Assembly: GCA_049967655.1 (NCBI GenBank) | Contig: JBMFSH010000006.1 | Span: 57,791 to 121,790 of the forward strand | Length of the DNA: 64,000 nucleotides | Source: Acidobacteriota bacterium | Lineage (GTDB): Bacteria; Acidobacteriota; UBA4820; DSQY01 | Direction of reading: 5' to 3' | Shown: positions 58,025 to 64,000 of the stretch, piece by piece | Position numbering within the stretch: the stretch's first letter is position 1 | Layout of the letters: each line of letters starts with the position of its first letter | Notes under the pieces: model-generated | What the model was told of the DNA's origin: nothing | Seen by the model: the letters and a program-made list of their open reading frames with translations, nothing else | Database searches by the model: none | Made by a program: the position numbers and the translations under genes

Positions 58025-59305
58025 TCAATTCAGCCGCTTCTGCTCCCGGCGGAACTGGAACTCGCACTGGCCGGCACGGATCGTCGAACCGGCCTTGATC
58101 TCCTTGAGGGTGACGCGCTCGCCGTCCAGGAAGGTTCCGTTGGTGGACTGGAGGTCGGCGAGGTAGTAGGTGCCCTCCTTGGGGACGATGCGGAAGTGCT
58201 GTCCCGAGAGGGTCTGGTCGGCGATGCAGAGCGTGTTCACCTTGTCGCGTCCCACGGAGACCACCTGGTCAGGGGGAAGCTGGAAGACGCGCGGGGGATT
58301 CTTGCCGCGATGAAGAACCAGCACCGGGACCTCGTCCAGGACGAGGGTGTGCTCCAGGGCGTCCGAGCTGGGCCCCTTCTGGAGCAGGGCCGGATCGAGT
58401 TCGGGCACGAATTCGGCGGTCGCCGCCTGCGTCGCCGCACCGGGGTTGGTGATGGAGAGCTTCTTGGCCAGGCACACGGGACATTCGGCCTCCCAGAGAT
58501 TGAGTGGGCGCCCGCACTGCTCGCACGCCCTCGCCTCCTGGGCCCTCGTCCGCTTCAACAGGACCACGACCCCGTAGGCCACGACGGCCAGCGCCACGGC
58601 CAGCGCCAGGAACAGGACCCATATCCATGCCCTTGAGGCGGGCGGTGGCGAAGGAGGGGGCTGGGGCTTGGCTTGAGCCGGCGCCGCCGGCTGGGGTTGC
58701 GGCGGAGCGGGCGGGCGAACGGGCGCCTGGGCGAGGCTGACCTTGGACCAGTCGCTGGCGATCTCCCCGGAGGTCATGCCCGAGAAGGGGCCGGCGTATT
58801 CACCCCCCGTGAGCGCGGTGATGCGCCTGAGCACCTTCAGGTCCTCCGCGCCCATCCCCACGGCCACCACGGCCACGTGCGCCCGAGCGGCGCGGGAGGC
58901 CGCATCCTCCAGGGTCACCGCCGAGTTCTCGTCTTTCCCGTCCGTGAAGAGGAGGACCACGCCCTCGCCGTTCTGACCTTCCACGGCCTTGACGGCGGAA
59001 AAGAGGCAGTCGTAGAGCAGGGTGTAGTGCCCCCCTTGCTCCAGCTTCCCGATGGCCGATTTCAGGGCCTCGGGGTCACGGGTGAAGGCCTGGACCTCCA
59101 CCGGTGCGTCGTTGAACCCGTAGATGGCCACGGGCCCCTTCTCGGCCAGCGTGGGGGCGAGCCCCTCCAGCATGGACTTGGCCGCCTCGAACTGGGAGGG
59201 CGGTATGGACCGGCTGGTGTCCACCAGCACGGCCGTGGGCGAAGCCGACAAGACCACCGGCGCGAGGAGCGCCGTCAGGACGATGGTAGCGGCGAATCGG
59301 CGCAT
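58025..59305 (-). CDS. Membrane protein: vWA - Pro linker - TM - zinc ribbon - FHA
   Basis: Signal peptide, DTSRS MIDAS and FTDG, TM, CEQC...CPVC, GR...S..H...STNGT FHA motif. Confidence 0.85.
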   Translation of the reverse strand: MRRFAATIVLTALLAPVVLSASPTAVLVDTSRSIPPSQFEAAKSMLEGLAPTLAEKGPVAIYGFNDAPVEVQAFTRDPEALKSAIGKLEQGGHYTLLYDCLFSAVKAVEGQNGEGVVLLFTDGKDENSAVTLEDAASRAARAHVAVVAVGMGAEDLKVLRRITALTGGEYAGPFSGMTSGEIASDWSKVSLAQAPVRPPAPPQPQPAAPAQAKPQPPPSPPPASRAWIWVLFLALAVALAVVAYGVVVLLKRTRAQEARACEQCGRPLNLWEAECPVCLAKKLSITNPGAATQAATAEFVPELDPALLQKGPSSDALEHTLVLDEVPVLVLHRGKNPPRVFQLPPDQVVSVGRDKVNTLCIADQTLSGQHFRIVPKEGTYYLADLQSTNGTFLDGERVTLKEIKAGSTIRAGQCEFQFRREQKRLN

Positions 59306-59463
59306 GGCAGCCTCCTCCCCCTCGGAACACGTCGTTATTATAAGGACTGATGCGCTGGGGCCGCAATAGCAGGGGCTAGAACGTTGCCCGGCCCATCTCC
59401 CTGTGGGAGAATCTCCAGAGGCGGGAGACAGGGCCGCCGTGCATCCTGGAAAGGAGTCCATGC

Positions 59464-60909
59464 ATGCTGAATCTGGAACCCAAGAAGGTGTGGGAACACT
59501 TCGAGAAGCTCAGCGCCATTCCTCGGCCTTCCAAACATGAAAAGGCCGCCGGCGATTACGTAGTGTCGGTGGCGAAGGCCCGCGGAATGGAGTGGGAGCG
59601 GGACGAGGTCGGCAACGTCGTGATCCGCGTTCCCGCCACGAAGGGCCACGAGAAGGCCGCCATCACGATCCTTCAGGGCCACCTCGACATGGTGTGCGAG
59701 AAGAACTCGGGCACCGCGCACGATTTCTTGAAGGATCCCATCCGCCTGCGGGTCGAGGGAAAGGTCGTCAAGGCAGAAGGCACGACCCTCGGGGCCGACA
59801 ACGGAATCGGCGTGGCCATGAGCCTGGCCCTTCTGGATGAGCCCCAAGCGGTCCACGGCCCCTTGGAGCTGCTCTTCACGATCGACGAGGAGACGGGCCT
59901 GAACGGGGCCAACAACCTCAAGCCGGGCTTCGTGAAGGGGCTGCGGATGGTGAACCTCGACACGGAGGAGGACTCCCAGCTCTACGTCGGCTGCGCCGGG
60001 GGCATCGACACCATCATGAACCTGCGGGTGGGACGCCGCCGCCAGAAGAGCCGCCAGCCGGCCTTCAGGGTCTCGGTCACCGGCCTGCGCGGAGGCCACT
60101 CGGGCGGCGACATTCACGAGGGCCGCGGCAACGCCAACCGGATTCTCGTCCGCCTCCTCCAGGAGATGGACCGCCTCTCCCTCGGCTACGACTTGGTGGC
60201 CATCCAGGGCGGCTCCAAGCGCAACGCCATTCCCCGGGAGGCCTTCGCGCTCCTGCACCTGAACAAGGCGGACGTGGCGTCCGCCCTCGACTCCGCGAAA
60301 GAGTTCCAGGACATGATCCGGGAGGAGCTCAAGGGAGTGGACGACGGCGTGAAGGTCACCCTGGAGGAGGCCCGAAGCGACATGGCTCCCCTCTCCCCCG
60401 GCAGTCAGAAGAAGACCGTGCGGCTCCTGGGAGCCGTTCCCCACGGTCTGATCTCCTACAGCCGGGAGATCCACGGTCTCGTGGAGACCTCCACCAATTT
60501 CGCCATCGTGACCACGACGCAGGGCAAGGTCCAGGTGGCGACCTCCCAGCGCTCCAGCGTAGCCTCCCAGCTCGCCTGGGCGGCCCAGTGGGTGGCCAAC
60601 GTGGGCCTCCTGGCGGGCGCCCAAATCGTCCACTCCGACGGCTATCCGGGATGGAAGCCCAATCTGGACTCCCCCATTCTGAAGGCCGCGCAGAAGACCT
60701 TTCTGCGGGTCACCGGCGAGGAGCCCCAGCCCAAGGCGATCCACGCCGGGCTCGAGTGCGGCATCATCGGCGCCAAATACCCCGGCATGGACATGGTCTC
60801 CCTCGGACCGGAAATCCGCAACGCGCACTCGCCCGACGAGGAGGTTCACATCGACTCGGTCAAGAGGACCTATTCCGTCCTCCTGGAGTTGCTGAAGGAT
60901 TTGGCGTAG
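59464..60909 (+). CDS. pepD: Aminoacyl-histidine dipeptidase (M20C)
   Basis: IPRPS.HE, LQGHLDMVCEKN, TTLGADNG.G, DEE.GL, GGHSG..I, IHAGLECG, HSPDE. Confidence 0.94.
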   Translation: MLNLEPKKVWEHFEKLSAIPRPSKHEKAAGDYVVSVAKARGMEWERDEVGNVVIRVPATKGHEKAAITILQGHLDMVCEKNSGTAHDFLKDPIRLRVEGKVVKAEGTTLGADNGIGVAMSLALLDEPQAVHGPLELLFTIDEETGLNGANNLKPGFVKGLRMVNLDTEEDSQLYVGCAGGIDTIMNLRVGRRRQKSRQPAFRVSVTGLRGGHSGGDIHEGRGNANRILVRLLQEMDRLSLGYDLVAIQGGSKRNAIPREAFALLHLNKADVASALDSAKEFQDMIREELKGVDDGVKVTLEEARSDMAPLSPGSQKKTVRLLGAVPHGLISYSREIHGLVETSTNFAIVTTTQGKVQVATSQRSSVASQLAWAAQWVANVGLLAGAQIVHSDGYPGWKPNLDSPILKAAQKTFLRVTGEEPQPKAIHAGLECGIIGAKYPGMDMVSLGPEIRNAHSPDEEVHIDSVKRTYSVLLELLKDLA

Positions 60910-60950
60910 GAAGATTTGGGATTGGGGATTCGGGACTGGTCTGGTGACCG

Positions 60951-60992
60951 GTCCCCTGTCCCTTGTCCCCTGTCCCTTGTCCCTCGTCCCCC
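60951..60992. repeat. Tandem heptamer (GTCCCYY)x6, preceded by GATTYGG-like heptamers
   Basis: GTCCCCT GTCCCTT GTCCCCT GTCCCTT GTCCCTC GTCCCCC between convergent genes. Confidence 0.8.
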
Positions 60993-61022
60993 AGCCCACG
61001 CATCGGCCTTTGGAGAGGCCTC

Positions 61023-61838
61023 CTACTGGCGGATGCTGACCCAGTCCTTCTCGATCTTGTCGAAGAGCGCGCCCTCGTCCTTGCCCAGCCTCGGCAGCCA
61101 ATAGGCGTAAAAAAGCTGGAAGTCGGGGTTGCTCATCTTTTTCAGGAAGGTGACGAACTCCTCGTGGCCCCCCATCGGGTCCCCCTGCTTCCGTTTGATC
61201 TGGGCCATGTAGAACCAGGCGTCCCTCATGGTGTAGGGAGTGTCCCCCAGGAAATCGCTCCCCTTCTCGCACCTCGCGATGGCCGCTTCAAAGGACTTCT
61301 CCGCCTCGGCGTAATTCCCCTGGTCGTATAGGATCCGGCCCGTCAGGTAGTCGGCGATCTTGTCCCCGTCGATCCCCTTTTGGGTGCGAATCCAGCGGAT
61401 CCAAGCCATGGCCGGCGGATAGTCGTGCATCAGGCGGTACATGGTCACCTCGCCGATCACGTCCGCCAGTGGTCGGGTGGTTCGCGAGCGGGCGGCGTCG
61501 AAGTAGCGCAGGGCCTCCTTGTAGTTTCCCTCGTCCCAGTAGGTCTGGGCGATGGCGGCCGGCGGCTCGTCGGACTCCGGGCGCAGGGCCCACGCCCGCA
61601 GCAGGTAGAAGCGGCGGGCCTCGGGAAGGGTGGTCAGCTTGCTCGGGAGCGGCTCGCAGCAGAACATGCCGCGCTGCAGGATCTGGATGGACCTCTGGTC
61701 GGTCAGCCGTGTGGCGCAGTCCATCTCCTTTTTGTAGTGCTCGGCCTTCGATTGAAAGGCTCCGCAGCACCCCCCGAGAGCGAGGAGCAAGAACGGCGCA
61801 AGGATCCGAAAGGGTCTAGGTCTCACCTGAACCTCCAT
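61023..61838 (-). CDS. TPR-repeat lipoprotein
   Basis: LGGC lipobox; GNYKEALRYF and GNYAEAEKSFEAAI TPR-like helices. Confidence 0.7.
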   Translation of the reverse strand: MEVQVRPRPFRILAPFLLLALGGCCGAFQSKAEHYKKEMDCATRLTDQRSIQILQRGMFCCEPLPSKLTTLPEARRFYLLRAWALRPESDEPPAAIAQTYWDEGNYKEALRYFDAARSRTTRPLADVIGEVTMYRLMHDYPPAMAWIRWIRTQKGIDGDKIADYLTGRILYDQGNYAEAEKSFEAAIARCEKGSDFLGDTPYTMRDAWFYMAQIKRKQGDPMGGHEEFVTFLKKMSNPDFQLFYAYWLPRLGKDEGALFDKIEKDWVSIRQ

Positions 61839-62005
61839 GCAACTATTGTAGGGACCCGATCCGCTCAGGGCAAGCATCTTCCCCTCCCTGCGCCGCGGTC
61901 GTGCGCCGCCGCCGTCGCCTGGCACCGGACGTTGTGCTAGGATGACGGGCCGAACCCGAAAGCGGGGCGGCTTGGGTCGGCCTGCGCCCCAGGGAGATCG
62001 TTTGA

Positions 62006-63103
62006 ATGGAACGCTATGACGTGGTCATTGTGGGGGCGGGATTCGCCGGGGCGGCCACGGCCTGGTGGCTCCGCCGGTTCGGCGTGGACAGCGTGCTCCT
62101 GCTCGAACAGGAGCAGGTCCCCGGAGCCCACGCCTCCGGAAAGAACGCGGGCATGGCCCGCCAGGCCGTCCCCGAACCCATCCAGTGCCTCCTGGCTGCT
62201 AGGAGCGTCTCCTTCTTCAAGTCGCCCCCGGACGGCTTCACACAGCCCCCCCTGTTCGCCGAGAACGGCGGCCTCTTCCTGGGTCCGGAGCCGGAGGATC
62301 CCAGGCTGGAGCAGCTCAGGCGCAACGCCATGGCCGCCGGGGTCTTCACCTATTTCGGCGAGCGGCTGGAGGCCATCGAGAGGGCCCCCGTTCTCCAGGA
62401 CGCGCCCTTTCGCTCGGCGCTCGTCTGCCCGACCGACGGCCTTGTGGACATCCACTCCTTGCTCTCGGCCTTTCTGCGGGGGAGCGCGTTGAGGACGGGC
62501 GTGCGGGTGCTGGGATTCGAGTCCTCGGGCGGCAGGCTGACCGCCGTGAAGACGGGCGATGGCTCCATCCGCTGCGAGCGCGTCGTCTTCGCGGCGGGTG
62601 CGTGGTCGCGTCAGCTCGGCGGCCTTGCAGGGGGGCTCCCCGTACCCGTCACCCCCAGGCGCCGCCACCTCATCCACTCGGGCCCCATCCCATGGGCCGA
62701 CCCCTTGTGGCCCTACGTCTGGTGCCTGAATCCCGAAGTCTACTTCCGGCCCGAGAGCGGCGGCTTCCTCCTCTCCCCCTGCGACGAGGCGGTCTTCCAG
62801 CCGGGATCGCCCCCAACCGATCCCGAGGCGCCCCTCTGGCTCGCCGCCCGTCTCTCGGAGGCCGTTCCCCGCATGAGCTCCATCCCCGTGGCCCGGAGCT
62901 GGAGCGAGCTACGCTGCTTCACGCCCGACGGCGAGTTCTGCATCGGTCCCGATCCGATGCGCCCAAACCTTTTCTGGGTTTGCGGCTTGGGCGGCCACGG
63001 CATGACCACCTCGGCCGCCGTGGGCGAGCTGGCCGCCCAGCTCATCACGGGTGCCGATCCCTTCCTCGATCCAGCCCCCATGGCGCCGGGGCGATTCACC
63101 TGA
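62006..63103 (+). CDS. FAD-dependent oxidoreductase (DAO / glycine oxidase family)
   Basis: IVGAGFAG, HASGKNAG, AAGAWS, R.FTPDG, GLGGHG.T. Confidence 0.9.
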   Translation: MERYDVVIVGAGFAGAATAWWLRRFGVDSVLLLEQEQVPGAHASGKNAGMARQAVPEPIQCLLAARSVSFFKSPPDGFTQPPLFAENGGLFLGPEPEDPRLEQLRRNAMAAGVFTYFGERLEAIERAPVLQDAPFRSALVCPTDGLVDIHSLLSAFLRGSALRTGVRVLGFESSGGRLTAVKTGDGSIRCERVVFAAGAWSRQLGGLAGGLPVPVTPRRRHLIHSGPIPWADPLWPYVWCLNPEVYFRPESGGFLLSPCDEAVFQPGSPPTDPEAPLWLAARLSEAVPRMSSIPVARSWSELRCFTPDGEFCIGPDPMRPNLFWVCGLGGHGMTTSAAVGELAAQLITGADPFLDPAPMAPGRFT

Positions 63104-63127
63104 TGGGCGGAGGACAGCCGTCGGGGG

Positions 63128-63670
63128 CTAGGACTCTTCGCGAACGGGCGCTTCATTCTGCGTCCGGCGCAGAAGGATGAGGCAGGAGCGGGCTCCGCGT
63201 CCCATGGCCTCGCGGACTTCGGTGGTCCAGAGGGTTCCCGGCAGGATAACCTCCAGCCACGAGGCCCAGACCCGCTGACACGCGACGCACGGCGTGTCGG
63301 GGCGCAGGCCCGCCTTCGCCGCTCCCTCCTGCGGGAGGCACCGGGTGACGCTGACCTCCAGGCCCGTCTCTCGAACGGTCCACTGGGCCGCCATCCCCTC
63401 CCCGAGGAAAATGCGGTTGTAGCCGTCCAGGAGCTGCACCGCCTCCTCCACCGACGCCGCCGGAGGCCGGTCGAGGGCCTTCAGGTACTCCCGTATCTCG
63501 ATCCTCCCGAAGCTCGCCCTGACCCGTGCATTAAGCTCCACGGCCTTGGGCAGCCCGCACGCCTCCGCGACCTTCAGGAACCACTGCCCGTCCCAGGCCA
63601 GCATGAGCCGCCCCAGAAGGCGCCGCGCCTTTTCCTCGGAGAGCTGGTTGTCCTGCTCGCGTTCCACCAT
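63128..63670 (-). CDS. DUF6125-like hypothetical protein
   Basis: LAWDGQWF..V....G...A.ELN motif and conserved-looking Cys residues (V4R-like). Confidence 0.6.
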   Translation of the reverse strand: MVEREQDNQLSEEKARRLLGRLMLAWDGQWFLKVAEACGLPKAVELNARVRASFGRIEIREYLKALDRPPAASVEEAVQLLDGYNRIFLGEGMAAQWTVRETGLEVSVTRCLPQEGAAKAGLRPDTPCVACQRVWASWLEVILPGTLWTTEVREAMGRGARSCLILLRRTQNEAPVREES

Positions 63671-63914
63671 CGTCCTCCTCCCCTGGGCATTCTACAGCGC
63701 ACACAGGCCATCAGGAAGCGCGGGTGGATTGAGTGATTTGGGAGTTGGGATGGATGAGCCGCCCCCGGTTTCTTTGGACACGAAGGAGGGTTTAATTTGA
63801 TGTTCAGGGAGATCGTGATGGAAGGGCGAGAAGAGGTGAAGGTGGTTGATGCCCCCGGGGACGCGGAGGAAGGCCGTAGGCCGACAGGAGCGGCACCGGG
63901 CGCGGCGCCCGTGA

Positions 63915-64000
63915 AGCGATGGACGGCGGCCGAACGGCCCCGAAGAGTGCGAGGCTCTTCCGGGTCGGGGCATGAAGGACGACGGGGTCTTTCACCTCCG
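63915..64000 (-). mobile_element. Truncated IS630-family transposase fragment (continues beyond window)
   Basis: (P)EVKDPVVLHAPTRKSLALFGAVR resembles the segment after the first catalytic Asp of IS630 transposases; similarity is lost downstream. Confidence 0.45.

Noticed and set aside
1..64000. tRNA, rRNA, CRISPR array, prophage or integrase, known defence systems
   Set aside because: No cloverleaf, repeat-spacer array or hallmark proteins recognised by eye; a formal scan was not possible

Overview
High-GC bacterial chromosomal window with about 52 intact genes. The TonB/beta-sandwich proteins and the ACIII cluster would fit an Acidobacteriota-like diderm, but this is inference only. Ordinary housekeeping content: thiD-like (partial), rsmA, slyD, gapN-like, serC-serA-DUF1015, glyQ/glyS, recO, asnS, several peptidases, Rrf2-cydAB, and a 14-kb alternative complex III (actA-F) plus A2-type cytochrome c oxidase supercluster. 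Two loci stand out. (1) 36.6-42.2 kb: a lower-GC segment with a sigma54-type promoter and IHF-like sites ahead of a small secreted 4-Cys peptide. It is followed by a secreted beta-propeller, a thioredoxin-fold lipoprotein with a CxC motif and a large beta-sandwich repeat protein, next to a stand-alone TonB. This is a candidate undescribed peptide signalling or peptide/partner system. (2) 0.5-3.75 kb: an Ala/Lys coiled-coil lipoprotein ending in Lys, followed by two L,D-transpeptidases and a catalytically dead YkuD-like protein. This is a candidate Braun-lipoprotein-like envelope tethering module. Also seen: a candidate ~180-nt sRNA or attenuator, an unannotated twin-arginine mini-ORF between actA and actB, poly-G tracts in promoter spacers, several decayed gene remnants (homocysteine methyltransferase/ATL chimera, rtcB, ABC permease, IS630) and short 7-8-mer repeat elements. 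No rRNA, tRNA or CRISPR array was recognised. All calls come from motif recognition by eye; no database searches were run.
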